In this document: positions 24,501 to 38,314 of the stretch, one piece after another
Numbering within the stretch: position 1 is the stretch's first letter
Layout: every line of letters starts with the position of its first letter
From: Fistulifera solaris
Lineage: Eukaryota
Length of the DNA: 64,000 nucleotides
Direction of reading: 5' to 3'
Assembly (NCBI GenBank): GCA_030295235.1
Contig: AP026128.1
Coordinates: forward strand, 310,001-374,000
Made by a program: the position numbers and the translations under genes
Notes under the pieces: generated by a model
What the model saw: the letters and a program-made list of their open reading frames with translations, nothing else
What the model was told of the DNA's origin: nothing
The model's database searches: none

Positions 24501-25288
24501 TGTTGGCTAGCATGTCTTGACGTTGCTGCAGGGCGAGTTCGGCTTGACGGGCCGTCGCACTCTTTTAATCTTCTCCTGCACCGACGCCGAAGTCGAGTTG
24601 GCCAGCCAAATTTCGAATTCTTGCTGCGCGATGGGTCTCGTAATCAATTCTTCCATAATGAGTGGTTGAGCCTTTTCTCCATCTTCGGAACGATGTTCCG
24701 TGAGAATGAGGACAATTACTTGACACGCTTCTTCTTTCGCACCACCTCGATCTCCTTTCCGATCGTCGCAATGAAAATCCAAACCCATGTATTGATACTG
24801 CTGCGGATTGAGACACAAGAAACTGGTCTTGAAAGGATTCGGTGCATCGGAATTTTGTTCCAATCCAGGAGCAGCCATTTGAGTAACGTCATGGCGTGAC
24901 GCGCGGATCGTTTGAGGGTGCCGTCGTGTTCACCGGACGGTGTTCCGCAGGCTTGTAAAAGACCGTACAACCCCGCGAGCATTTCCACATCGTCCGGATC
25001 ATCGAGAGAAGCGGCCGGTGCCGCGCTGCCCAAGAATAGTAACGGAATGTCATCGTCGTAAAACTCGGGAGTGGTTCCTTTCTGTGAAAGCATCGAAAAG
25101 CATTCATTAGAGATATTCGAAGAAGGAACGATGAAGAGATATTGCATATTACTTACATTGGAAATGTAATTGCGGAAACGATTCAAGCGACGAATACGAT
25201 CTTTGTGATTGCCCTTATCGGGATGGAGTTTGCGCAATAACTGTTTGATTTCGATCGACGAGCGGTCGGCATTCTTCTCGTCCGCCAT
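21570..25288 (-). CDS. SEC5: Exocyst complex component Sec5/EXOC2 with N-terminal extension (introns and frameshifts)
   Basis: FDPLLFLTLVH...LQNLVRENFPLFVRC, FKPLLD, PSLMRQHLENRRYSQALKTF typical of Sec5. Introns near 23712-23793 and 25084-25155. ORFs 24716..25429, 24507..24878, 23347..24513 and 21570..23564 are collinear. Confidence 0.78.
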
Positions 25289-25915
25289 GATGTGAAAATC
25301 AGACTTGATGATAGAATGGAAATGAGAAAAGATATTTTGATAAAGAAAGCAATGAAATGAAATGCTTTTGGGTTGCGTTGAAAAATATTCCCTCTGCAAA
25401 TAAAACACAACGCAGCCCGAAAAAGGCAAAGCGTCGTCCAGTGTGTCGGAGCGACACCTGGATATAATCTTTGAGTACCGAACAAAGTTTGATACGACTA
25501 TAGGCTAAGGTGTATCCTCACTTTTCCAAGACTATATTTTCAGTCACGAGAGGCGGTTCGCTTGTTAACGTTGAGTCACGGAAAAACTGGCTGCTCAGGT
25601 CAATCACTTTCGCAACATCATTACTTGTTAGAGCAGCAGTAAAATCAGAGGTTAGTGAAATCAGAATGACGTCGTTGGTTGCAATCATTGGCTTACAACC
25701 GTCACCGCGGTTTTTTGTTCTGTTCCGGTACTGCATTTCATTTGAGTCACGCAACGGAGGTACTACATTTTACCCTTAGTGTACGAGTTGCGGAAGGACA
25801 CTCGGACGCGGACGCGTTTTTCTCGTTGTTGCTGAGCAAGAAAACAAGAAACGAAGGTGCTTGGCTTTCACAATCGTTCAATCATACAACTTCCTTCTCA
25901 CAATCGCAAAGGATC

Positions 25916-26881
25916 ATGTTGTGGAGAATAGCTGCGTTCTTATCTGTCGCTGTTTCTTGCAGCGCCTTCTCGGGTCGACAAACCTTCCTTCCACAACGAT
26001 GGACGTACGTCATTCGTTTGGTATTTCCGGAAACGAGTTACTCCTTCTTCTCACTCCTACCTTCTCTCCTTTTACACTCTTCCTTTGTTGCTGTTTGTGT
26101 TTTCTATTGTACGCAGAACTATGTCGTCTTCGACGGGCTTGTACGCCGAATTGCAAGCCATTCTGTGGGATATGGATGGTGTTTTGGCGGATACCGAGCG
26201 CGATGGTCACCGTCTGGCGTTCAATCAAGCCTTTCAGGAAAACAACTTACAGACGGAATGGGATGTGGAACGATACGGAGTCTTATTGGAAGTCGGGGTG
26301 GCAAAGAACGCATGACGGCGCATTGGAATGAAGTGGGTTGGCCCGCCAACCTGTCGGAAGAGAGTCGACAGGAAAAAGTGAAGGAATTGCATTTGCGGAA
26401 AACGGATATTTTCATGGATATGATCAATGAAGGACGCATTCCGCTGCGACCGGGAGTGTTGCGTGTCATTGATGCAGCGATTGCGGAGAACATTCGTTTG
26501 GCCGTATGCTCGACGAGCAATGAGAAAGCCGTGACCAATTTAGTTCAGACATTGATGGGACCCGAACGAGCGGCTCAGTTTCGCATCTTTGCGGGCGACA
26601 TGGTGCAACGGAAAAAGCCCGCTCCCGATGTGTACAATATGGCGGTCGAGCAAATGGGTTTGGATAAATCGCGCTGTGTCATTGTGGAAGATAGTGGCAT
26701 AGGTCTCAAAGCCGCACTAGCGGCCGGTATTCCGTGTATCGTGACGAAGAGTTCATACACGGCCGGAGAAGATTTCACAGGGGCCGCCATGATTGTGGAT
26801 GAGCTGGGCGATGATCCGCGGACGGGTGTGACTCTGGAAACATTGGCAGGTCTCCTTGTTGCTGGCTCTCCTTCTAGTTAA
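25916..26881 (+). CDS. cbbY: Plastid-targeted CbbY-like HAD phosphatase
   Basis: Signal peptide ending CSA-F; intron 26005-26116; WDMDGVLADTERDGHRLAFNQAF, GGKERM, LRPGV, KKPAPDVY, VEDSGIG motifs; 1-bp deletion in the G-run near 26297. Confidence 0.88.
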   Translation: MLWRIAAFLSVAVSCSAFSGRQTFLPQRWTYVIRLVFPETSYSFFSLLPSLLLHSSFVAVCVFYCTQNYVVFDGLVRRIASHSVGYGWCFGGYRARWSPSGVQSSLSGKQLTDGMGCGTIRSLIGSRGGKERMTAHWNEVGWPANLSEESRQEKVKELHLRKTDIFMDMINEGRIPLRPGVLRVIDAAIAENIRLAVCSTSNEKAVTNLVQTLMGPERAAQFRIFAGDMVQRKKPAPDVYNMAVEQMGLDKSRCVIVEDSGIGLKAALAAGIPCIVTKSSYTAGEDFTGAAMIVDELGDDPRTGVTLETLAGLLVAGSPSS

Positions 26882-27662
26882 AGCGGACCGTTTATTACTT
26901 CGTTATGGAGATGAAAGTTTTTAGCTAAACATTCCTTTTTTACATCGAAGTAGTGTCGCGCTTTGATTTAATGCTTGGCGTGTGTGTGCACGTTTGTTTT
27001 AAATTTGCAAGGAGGAAGTCGGATATTGATGCACGAGAATGACGAATTTCCAATTCCTCGTCTTGATAACTTGCCTTAATGGGAATATCTTCTGGCTTCA
27101 TCCAGTATTCTTGAGCTAGGTAGAGACTCTGTAGAGAAGTCGTATCCCTAGCTAGGAACCAAAATTTCCGTGCAACGGATCATCGTGAAAATTCCACAGA
27201 AGAGGTGCGCGCCGGCGCAGCTTACAGAATGCAGAAGCGGACGAACTACTTTCCGTAGCCATACACAAATAGTGGACTTAATTAGCAACTCGTCACAGAG
27301 GGATTTTACTTAGGAATTTGAGTTACACCGCGAAACTGTTTGAAATGAAACGTTAAACCCATGCACATTACAGTTATGCCTGCGCGAAAATACACTATCA
27401 CTTTTAAAGTAATCTTGCTTTCTTCATCTTCATGTCCGTAGATTGTTATACAGGATGGCGCTGCAACGATTTGGTAAGTGCGCCTTTCGCACCACGCAGC
27501 TGGCGTGGATAAAAATATTCACCAACGTTGCACCGCAAACCTTTTTCTTTCACACAACCAAACAAGAACCCACCGTCATCTTTTTCCTTCCAGACGGTGA
27601 ATAATCGACCACAACAAACGAATTTGTGTCTTTCAATTCAAGTAGAAGCAAATTAAGCAGCC

Positions 27663-30600
27663 ATGGAGGTTGGCGCTCAAGTGTGGCTTCGCCGAGAGGA
27701 GTCTCACTGGGGGTGGGTTCCAGCCATCATTTCGAAAAAAGAGACTGTTGTAATTCGGGGCGTTGAGCTCATTAATCTTACTCTCAACGATGACACGAAT
27801 ATCGAGGACACAATGCCATCTCCTTCGGTTAAAAAGTTCGGCAGGAGCGACTCCAGCCATTATGGCGAACACCATCAATTTGAAGTGGTGATTACCGTGG
27901 ACCCGGAACAACTCAAGACGGCGGATCATGATGAAATCAAGCTGCGTAACCTTCCCTCGTCCTATCATCTATCCGGAGAAGACCCCGAGGCCCACGTCTT
28001 GACAAGTCCCAGCACTCATTCTAGCTCGCGAATTGTTGGAGGAGTCGATGATCTGATTGGATTAACACATCTTCATGAACCGGCAATCTTGCACGCCCTC
28101 CGATTGCGTTACGATGCGAATATAATCTACACAAATACGGGCCCGATTCTCATCGCAGTCAATCCTTTCAAAAAGATGGATATATATTCGGACGCCATCA
28201 TGGCGCAATACTGTCTGCAAGGCGAGACGGGCTCCGCGAAGCCTAACGCGAATGCCTACAAAACACCCTTCCGACACCGCCCGAGCGGCACGCTGCATAC
28301 TCCTGGACTCACTCAATCGTCAGATAAACTGCCACCACATGTCTATCAGACAGCTGACGATGCTTATCGAGCCATGCTGCGTGGGTTGGAAAACAAAGAA
28401 CTGATGAAGACTCCTGCCTCGGTTCGACGAGGAGATAGTGGGCTTGATCAACGAGGTGTTCCAACCAATCAAAGCGTTCTAGTGTCCGGTGAAAGCGGGG
28501 CTGGCAAGACGGTTACCACGAAGATCGTCCTGAACTATCTGGCGATGCTTTCGAAGAGGCGTGGGTCTGACGCATGCCCACCTACTGATTCGTCGCGCAG
28601 AAGCTTTGATACGCACTCCATTGAACAACAAGTGCTTCAAAGCAATCCTATTCTTGAATCGTTTGGAAATGCCAGGACGATTCGGAACGACAATTCTTCT
28701 CGGTTCGGAAAATACATCGATATCCGCTTTTCTCGCGCTGGAAAACTTTCGGGTGCTTCCATCGAAACGTACTTGCTAGAAAAGGTTCGATTGATTCATC
28801 CTGGCCAAAACGAGCGAAATTATCACGTCTTTTACCAACTTCTTTCGGGTGCCACTGGTGAAGAAAGACGTGAGCTGCTCTTGGGAAACATGCAAGCGAA
28901 GGATTTTAAGTTGTTGTCTCAAACAGGAACGTTTGGACGGCGCGATGGCATTGATGACCGCGAGAATCACACCGAGATGCTGGATGCGATGGTAAGTCGT
29001 CTCTTGACCCTGTGTTTCCACAAGCTACTACTGTTGCTAATATCAAATTTGCTTGTCAGATCACCATGGGTTTCCCACCCTCGCTCATACAATCATTTAT
29101 GCGGATGGTTGTTGGCATCCTTTACGGCGGTAATGTGTCCTTCACGGCGTCACGAGACGGTGAATCCTGTCAGTTGAATAAGGATAACGCTGCTCTTCTC
29201 TTTGCCGAACTGTTGGGACTACAATATGAAGACCTGGCGGCAGCACTGACAACTCGCGTGCTCTTGGCTGGTGACGAAATCGTAAATCGGTCACTGACAG
29301 TCGAGGCGGCAACGAAAGCCCTCGAATCTTTAATGAAGACACTCTATGGAGCCATGTTTGATCTGCTCGTTGAGTTGGTCAATGCTTCGATTACCAACGA
29401 AGGAGACGGCGTGAGTACTGCATCTATTGGTGTTCTCGATATTTTCGGTTTTGAATCGTTCGAAATGAATAACTTCGAACAACTATGCATCAACTATACG
29501 AACGAGGCTCTGCAGCAGCAGTTCAACAAGTTTGTTTTCAAGCTCGAACAGCAAGAATACGAGAAGGAAGGCATCATGTGGAAATTCATTTCCTTTCCCG
29601 ATAATCAAGACGTTCTTGATCTTATTGATCAGAAGCACTCCGGAATATTGGCTTTGCTTGACGAACAGTGTATACTTCCTAGTAGCACTGACGAAAAGTT
29701 CACGAGGTACTTGTACGCAAGATGCGACAAACATCCGCGTTTCCACGCGTCGTCATCACAGCGTGTTCGCTACGTATTCAGTGTGCAGCACTATGCCGGG
29801 CATGTCGAGTACACGACCGATACATGGCTCGAAAAGAACAAAGACGAACTTCCTGCCGCATCGTCAGACCTTCTCAAATCATCTTCATTTGGTCTGATCA
29901 GCGAAATCCAGCGTTACATTCGAGCGGAAGAACGTGGAGGTCGAGGAACTGTTGCCACCAAATCCGTCAGCTCGCAGTTCTCGTCGCAGCTACGTGTTTT
30001 GCGTGCTCGCATTGAGCAAACGGTACCGCACTACGTACGTTGTCTAAAACCGAACGACGACCTTGCGCCTGATTTCTTCGAACCGAAAAACATCGTAGAA
30101 CAACTTCGTTGCGGTGGTGTCTTAGAGGCTGTTCGTGTCAGCCGCGCTGGTTACCCAACCCGTTATCCTCACGATGTTTTCTTGGCGCGTTACTATATTC
30201 TAAACGACAGCAGAGACAATTCACCTCAGAGCCCTGCCTTCTCTCCCGGAAATCAAACTCCAAAGATAGACAATTTGAAAAGGCTCATTTCTAAGATCGC
30301 GTATGATCTTTGGTACGCAGATCATCAAATCACTGCTCTTTTGACTGCCGAAGCCGAACAAGATGAGGATAGAAAGTTGGAATCGCAGCAAGTCACACAC
30401 GTAAGTATTCGTTAAGCTTTGTGCTAGATGTGCTAGATTAGTATCGAACTAGTATCTGACAATGTGCTCCATTCTTCTTGCGACTACAGCAAATTGTTCA
30501 CCGCAGCTCCTTGAGTGCGCTTCAGAAAAAGGTTAAACTGCACAATGGTCCACGGGGTCCCAACGTGAATCTTGTCGTTGAAAGTTCAGTTATTAGTCCT

Positions 30601-33600
30601 GAAAATGCGCGTCGCAGATCTCAGAAAGATCTTCCGACTGCTGTCTTACGAGAGAGACGAGAACGCTCAACTATCATGCGTCCTGAGAATAAAGCAGAAT
30701 TCTTGTCACTTGACTTTGCCTCTCGATGCGCCGTAGCGGGCTTGCAACTTGGTCGTACCAAAGTGTTTCTTCGCCGCGAAGCTTTTGATCGCATTGAAGC
30801 TCTTCGCTCTGAGCGCTTCTTCACTGCAGCGGCCACTATCCAGAAGATTGTCCGCGGAAAGATCTGCCGAGAATATTTCCTCACTTTACGCGCTGCGGCA
30901 ATCAAGATCCAATGCATGTTCCGAATGAAATTATCTGCATTCAAGCTAGAAGGACTCCGAATCTTAAAAGCGATTATTATGATTCAATCGAACTGGAGAC
31001 GGTACATATCGAATGTCATGGTGTCTGACTTGATCAAAGCTCGAAACGCCGAACGCCGCAACAGACAGCCCAGCGAAGACGATATTATTCGAGCTGTCAT
31101 ATCTCTTCAAACTAAGCACAGAGGAAAAATTGCCCGCCGATTGCTTTCACAATTTAAACTGGAAGCTTCGAAGAAGGCTCGAAGATCTTCCTTACGTGAA
31201 ATGGAAGAATTGAAGAAGAAACGAGAGGAGAGTGAGCGTGCTGAGAGAGAGCGTCTGCTTCAATTGCAACAAGAGAAGGCTCGAAACGCGAAATTAGTTA
31301 CGCAATCTAGCAATCCCATTTTGTCAGACCTATTTACGGAAATCCAGAATGAGAACTGGGCTACTGTTGAAAGTATTCTCGACAAACACCCAGAGTTGGC
31401 GGAAGCTGCCGATCTCAAGTCAGGAGAGCTTGCATTGCACAAGATAGCTCGGCATGCAAATGCTTGGACGCTGCTTATTGATATGGTTCTCGTTTTGTAT
31501 CCGAAAGCACTAGTCCATCGCGATAATATGGGCGCGCTTCCGATTCACCATGCTTCTGCCCACGATAACCTGGCTGCATTAGAGATCATCTACACTGCTT
31601 ACAAAGAAGGAATAAATGAGCACGACAAAATGGGCCGTCTTCCTATTCATGTTGCGGCCTACTACGACGCTGTTGACGCAACAAAGTTTCTTCTCTCAAA
31701 GTCTCCTGATGGCGCCTACACAATGGTATATCGTCCTCCGCCGGACTCCGGTGGTGGTCTTCCTACACGTAGCTTGCAGCAACCATGCTTCCATCGGTGT
31801 AATAACTGCGCTGCTTGCAGAAAACTTCGCGTCCGCCAAACGTGCCGATGAAAATGGGGATCTTCCGCTCCATCTCCTTCTTCGTTGTGGCGAAGTGGTT
31901 GATCCTGTCGTCGTCAAGACTCTATTGACGTGCTTCTCAGGTGCTTTATCGAGAACTGATATGAACGGTGACCTTCCCCTGGCGATCGCACTTAAACATC
32001 AATGCAGATCTCCCGTCGTAAACGCGCTGCTCATGCAGTATCCGAGTGCAGCAAACGTTCTGAACGGCGAGGGTCATAGCCCTATCTTCCTCGCTTTCAA
32101 GCATAATGCCGATGACCGAACTATAATGGGTTTGTTAAACCATGCACCAGAACTTGCCACTGCCGTTGACAAGAAAACAGGTCTGCTCCCTATCCAGATT
32201 GCCACTGAGAACGAACACTCTCACTTCATTGTTCACAATTTGCTCAAACGAGATCTACCAATCGACATCAATGAAAAGGTGAGAGCCCAGCTCATTCCTC
32301 ATCATTATTCATGGAATCATGTCGTATCGAACACTGAAGACCTTTATCATCAAGTGGTCACGAAGATTCTTCAATCGTGCACGCAACCTCAAGTGTTGGC
32401 CTTGGCTCATGTTGAAGGACCGGATGGGAAAATTGCCCTTGCATCGGCTACCCCTGTTTGCAAACATGAAATGCGAGTTATGCTCCGCCTTTTCAACACT
32501 CTTGAGGTTGTGAACCAACGTCCCGCCTACACGAACCCAACCAGCGATACGCAAATCTTCTATGCCTTGCGATATGAGCCGCCTCCTTCGTCCCACGGTG
32601 CCTATACGATCATCCACGACGAAAAGAAAGACGGAGGAGACAATGACTTCGTCGAAGAGTACGATGATCATTCCATTGTTTCTGCTGTATCTCGTGCCAG
32701 CATGAGATCCACTCTCACCAGTCGATCACAGCAAACAATCGAGGACAAACTTCGTCACATCCGCAAGGAGAAGGGACAGCAAGTCATCGCAAAACTGACT
32801 TCTCGGTCGGATGTTGTAGAGCGGGAGCTCAAAGTTCGCAAAGACCATCATCTGTCGCGCCACTACGTCCCAGCCATTATTAGTGTTCACCATACAGTGC
32901 AACACGCAGCCTATGCGGAAGCAATGGCTGAACCAGGGTACTGCATCACCATGGAAGGTGCTGATACGACTGCCGAAAATCTTATGCTAGACTTAAGGAA
33001 ATCCGGCAAGACGTTCCCTATCAAGCCGCTGAAACGAATCGGTATTTCTCTTTTGCATATGCATGAACATGGTGTCATTCACTGCGATTTCGGAACACAC
33101 AACATTGGCAAATTTGGTAGCAGGTGGAAACTGCTTGGAGTTGGAGGTAGTGTACCGATCGGCGAACCAACAGACCCGAATCGAGGCTTTTACCACCCGC
33201 CCGAAGCGATCGTTGTGGAAAACAAGAGAGTGTCTATCGGCAAGAAAAATTGCTCAGCCGACATTATTTCCGTTCCTGCCCATCCAACTTATGATATTTG
33301 GGCGTATGGGATTGTTGTTTACGAGGCTATTGCAGGAATTCCTCTGTCACCTTACGCTTGTCGTGGTAAGCGCCAGATGACAATGGCCGAGGTATACAAG
33401 ATTGGTTCATGGGACGAAAGCAGCCTCAAGAAGGCACTTCGACATGTTAGCGATGACGATGTCGCCAGAGACTTGCTCAAGGGACTGCTCCATCATGACC
33501 CCCAACGACGATTTTCGTCGATGCGTGATGTGTTGGAGCACCCTTTCTTCACAGGAGGCAGTCTGCCAAAGGACGCTACAAGAAAAAGCACCTCGCCCGT

Positions 33601-33850
33601 GGCGGTACCTGTGAGCAACAACCCGTCGCCACCGATGGATAATGTTCGTTCATCGAAAGGAAGTTTTAACGACAAGGATGTTTCATCGGTACGTTTGTCC
33701 CAGTCCAGTGACAATAGCATTGAAAATCGCGAGAACAACACGAGACGGCGACCCCGAATCTTTTCCTCCGATTCGTCCGTCAGTTCGGAGAAATCGTCTC
33801 GCAGCGCGCGGGGCTTTCGATTTTTGCGCCGCCAACATCTCAAAGGTTGA
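27663..33850 (+). CDS. Unconventional myosin: motor + IQ motifs + coiled coil + ankyrin repeats + C-terminal kinase-like domain
   Basis: GESGAGKT P-loop, NSSRFGK, DIFGFE, YVRCLKPN, GRTKVFLR; about 4 IQ-like motifs; multiple LPxH ankyrin repeats; kinase-like IAK...HCDFGTHNI...PPE...DIWAYG...LEHPFF. Introns 28992-29059 and 30401-30489; frameshift near 31762. Confidence 0.9.
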
Positions 33851-34164
33851 TTTGACGTAAAGTAGTAAAATAAAAGATTGAATGAATGCATGATTTTGAT
33901 TTTATTAAATTTACTTTCGCTTGGGTCACGTCGAGATCTCTGCTATAATTGAAAGTGAAATAAATGTTGTCTTGTTTTTACTATACATTCAAAAAGTATT
34001 CAACTTTTCGTCACGACTGCATTTCAGTCATGAGTCATTATTTTCTATGCGACGCACACAGTATGAGGCTTGCCTGATAACGTTGGATGTCTTCCTTATT
34101 ATTTTATTTGACTCATCCTTCATTACCTTGTGTCAAAAACTCCTTAATTCTATGAAAAGAATGC

Positions 34165-35201
34165 ATGAAAGGCTCTTCGAATAAGGCGTTATGCCGCTGT
34201 AGACAGCATCCCGGAAGAGCGGCAAGAATAAGGTGTCTGTGGGTGACCTGTTTGTTCTATTCCTTCGGGTCGTTTTTAAGGACGATCCCGTACGAGACAT
34301 TGCATCCGAGTTGCGAAGAACCGTGGCTTCGACTCCTTTCCGATGCCGGAATGGATTTGAATTGTACCGGTCTTCCCTCGTGGCAGCAAATGACACGTCT
34401 GTACGGAACGAAACCGATCATTGTCGGTCTCGAACGATGTGCCGCGTACCGTCAATCGGTGGCTGCGGGCGTAATTCCGCGCATTGCCGGATTGTACAAT
34501 ACCGGAACCAATGCACTGGCGAAACTGTTCGAAGCGAATTGGAACACGGACGAAATGGCGTGGATGTTGGAAGGTTCGTATTTCAAATGGGATGTTCCCT
34601 ACGGGAAACATGTGCCCCTGCATTTGCGAGAAAATGTCACGGTGCCGGCCCGGAATCCGACCCCCAAAGACCAAGTGTTGCCCATCGTATTGATCAAAGA
34701 CCCCTTCTGGTGGATGCAGTCCATGTGTAAGAATCCGTACGGAGTCAAATGGCCGCACCATGATCACTGTCCCAATCTCGTCGATCGGGAGGGTCGACCA
34801 GTCGCCGTCACGACCAAATATACCTTTGGTACACCCAAAAGAACAATGTCCAGAAATTTCAAATTCACTATGCGTCGTTGGTGCATTTGTGGAATGATTA
34901 TTATCGCGAGTATTTCGATAGTCCGCAACCGCGTCTTCTGATTCGTTACGAGGATTTACTGTATCATGGACCCGAAGTTTTGACGGCAATATCCACGTGT
35001 GTCGGCTTGACGATGCCCACATTTCGGTATGTGACGGAAACCAGCAAAACCCATGGCAGTGGTGCGGATTTTCGACAAGCTCTAACGAAATATGGCAATG
35101 CTGCCGCACGTCTCGCACCATTGACCGCCGCCGATCAACAATTTGCGCGGGACATGCTGGACGAACGACTCATGACCACCTTTCAATACAAGTATCCGTA
35201 A
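34165..35201 (+). CDS. Sulfotransferase-like type II membrane protein (frameshifted)
   Basis: TM anchor, IAGLYNTGTNAL (PAPS 5'-PSB-like), KDPFWWMQS (3'-PB-like) and LLIRYEDLL; ORFs 34165..34941 and 34878..35201 overlap. Confidence 0.6.
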
Positions 35202-35254
35202 CATAATAGAAACGAAAGAAAATAGCATTACGCAGTTTTATTGATTTATGCTAT

Positions 35255-37642
35255 TCAGTAGAATCGTTGGGCCGACTTGTGGAGAATGGCGAGCGCAATG
35301 AGTCGAAAGACCACAAACTGTCCAATCAGAATGCACCAGTACCATAGCACTTCGTCGGGATCGGCTCCGGTATTGTCCAGTAGTGACTGACAGTAAATTT
35401 TCGAAAGAAAGCTTTCCTCGCAGGTCTCAAATTCGGACACGAGCAAGATGCGGGTCGCGTACGTCATGGGACAAATGTATTGGATCCAGCGCAACCACAC
35501 GGGGATCAATTCGGGGGACACAAAATATCCCACAAACAGCATTTGCGGTAGCAACACCAGTGGTAGAGCCGCGGTGGCAATTTTCGAGCTGCTGCCCGCG
35601 GCCGCTCCCAAAATCACCGCAATGGCCGTACTGCCCATGGCCAATGTGAAGCACGCGCCGTAATAGTTGATGAATGAACCCCGAAAGTCAATGGCAAAAT
35701 AGCAAATCAGAGTTGTCAACATCGATTGCAGTGCGCCCATCATGGCTTCGATGGATAAGCGTGATAAGAAATAAGAACTGACGGAGTAGTGCTTGGTGGA
35801 ATATTCACGAAGGAAAACCGGTCGTTCGTCCGGAAATGACAGAAGCCTTTGAAAAAGAGTTAGCGCGAACTGCTTGTGAAAGAACAACAGAAAGATAAGC
35901 ACGAAAAACTTACGCAGCTTGCGCTGGTCCCATCATAATAATCGTGGCAACCATGATGATGGCTCCAAAATGACCCTGCAGATTACTGACGGAGTCATTG
36001 GGAGCATTTCCCACGTCGAAGAAAATAAGACCAATGACGGATGCCAGAACAATGGACTGAATAATCCTCGCCACTGTTACAGATTTCGCCCGACGAATGT
36101 GTACGAGTTCTCGCCAAATCAACATGGAAATCTCCGTGGCCATGGTTGGCGGTTTTTCCTTTGCCTGAGGAATGCTTTGATTGCGAAGCACGAGCAGCTC
36201 GGATGTATCTACCTCATTTGTCACTGTTTCCTTTCGTTCATCCTTCGGAAAAAATCCTGCTTCTTCGAGCTCCTGAATCGGAACCTTTTGGGCCACCTTC
36301 ATAATCCAATCCGCCGGGTTGTAATTGCGAGGACACGGGTGTCCGCGTGCACCAAAATAATCGGCAATGGTACTGACCGGTCCCTGGTACATGACGCGCC
36401 CTTTGTTCAATAAAATCAGCTGATCAAACTCTCGGAAAATACGGGAAGATGGTTGATGGATCGTAAACATGACACTGGCACCAACGCGGGCTACTTTCTT
36501 GAGCAACTGACAGAGCTGGACGGCCGAAAACGAGTCCAAACCACTGGTGGGTTCATCCAAAAACAGCATGGCGGGTTTGACCACCAGTTCGACCCCCACA
36601 CTGGTTCGTTTCCGTTCGCCCCCGCTGATACCCTTGATTAAGGGCCCACCCACGATCGTGTCCGCGCAGGCGGTGAGTCCGAGTTCATGCAACATGCACT
36701 GCGTCATGATATCGAGTTGATCGTCCGTAAGGGATCGTCCCAACCGTAATTTGGCCGAAAATCGAATCGCTTCGCGCGGCGTCGCCGTCACTTGCAAGGA
36801 ATCGTCTTGTGCGACGAACGCAATCATTTGTCGCACGCCAATTTTGGTCGGATCCGCCGGTACCTGGTCCAATGTAATGTTGGCTTTCACTTGCACGTTC
36901 CCACCGCTGGCCGTTCTGCCGGACAATACGTTCATTAACGATGTCTTTCCCGCTCCGGAGGAGCCCATGATGGCGGTCGTTTCTTTTTTTGGAACTTCAC
37001 CCCACACATTTTGTAAAATACGACGGTCCGGTATTTTGCCTCGACCTTTCTGTAAACAAATGAATGAGATGACGAGAAAAAGAATGGCTTGCACTTTCCA
37101 GTAGGAGAGTAGTGACGACTTACCACTGTCAAATTGACATCCTTCCAAGCCAACGTCATGCCCTCCCGGATCGCAAACGGATCGGCCTCGGGAGGAAGTG
37201 TTTCACGGATCGACTCGGGAAACTTGTCAGGGAAACCAGAGAAGGAAGCACTACTTCGATGACTGTCATCGGCCGATGGCAAATATTGTTCGGGAGCATG
37301 TTTGACGGCTAATTGTATTGTGGGACGTTCTGGGGGCACTTCCGTAGCTACCAGGAGGTCCGTAAGGGTTTCGTTCATCGACAATCTGTTTTCACCCTTG
37401 GCTTCCGATTCGCGGATGGATTCATCGACCGTGCGGAGCATTTCGGAAACGAGTTGAATGAGTTGCGCGCCGGTATTTGTTGCGTTCTTGTATTCTTCGG
37501 GTGTTAATAGGTCACAATTGTACAGCGCTTCGCCGGGCATGCACGAAGGCATGTCAAAGACGGCGTCTTCCGTCGGAGCATCGGCGATTGCCGGCGTCGA
37601 CGCACTTTCACTTTCGTCTCTTTGTGAGGAAGAATCGGTCAT
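35255..37642 (-). CDS. ABCG (White-type) half transporter
   Basis: GSSGAGKT Walker A, ISGGERKR signature, FLDEPTSGLDS, TIHQPS, YNPAD, then an ABC2 membrane domain (ERPVFLREY). Introns near 37051-37122 and 35849-35912. Confidence 0.93.
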
Positions 37643-38314
37643 TTTTCTTGATTATATACAAATTGGCTCGGCCCCGGCAGCTATCCGCTTTAATTGTGGA
37701 TCCGATATAGCTTAATACAGGGCAGAGAACGAATGCCTTGTTTCTTATCAATGATGATGGAACAAAACAAGCGAGAAAAAAGGACCAGCCAAACACGTTA
37801 TTGAGCGATAGCTGTTTTGTATACTGTACTACTGTAGTGGGTCTTGCTAGTTCCGTCTACAGTCGAGACAAGTGTGTATTTTGTTAGTTAGCAAAGCCGG
37901 CGGTGGTACGACACGGAGGTGCACGACTTTGAGATATTTTTAGCTTTTGCGGAAAAACCAAGCGCGGTCATTCCAACCGATCGCCGTACAGACGAGCTGG
38001 TAAGACTGAAACGAAATATTGCAGTCGTGGCGAAATCATGCTACACATTACGTCTATAGTATAGTAGATCCCAAAGCTGAAGGTCTAAGGAGCCCACGAA
38101 TCATGATCCTTTCATCTGCTCGTAGCAAGAAATCTTCTCTTTAAATTGTCTAGTTACTAAGGATAATGAATTGAATACCTCAGTGAACTGAATCTTTGAG
38201 TTGATACGATATTCATTTTGCTAATTTGAACTCTCAATTTTTATTTTATTTTATGTCTTGATCATTGAACTGATTTCAAAGAAGGGGAAGAGAGAAGAGA
38301 TGTAGAGACGTAGC

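Noticed and set aside
34276..35121. 281-aa minus-strand ORF
   Set aside because: Antisense to the sulfotransferase-like gene; no motifs.
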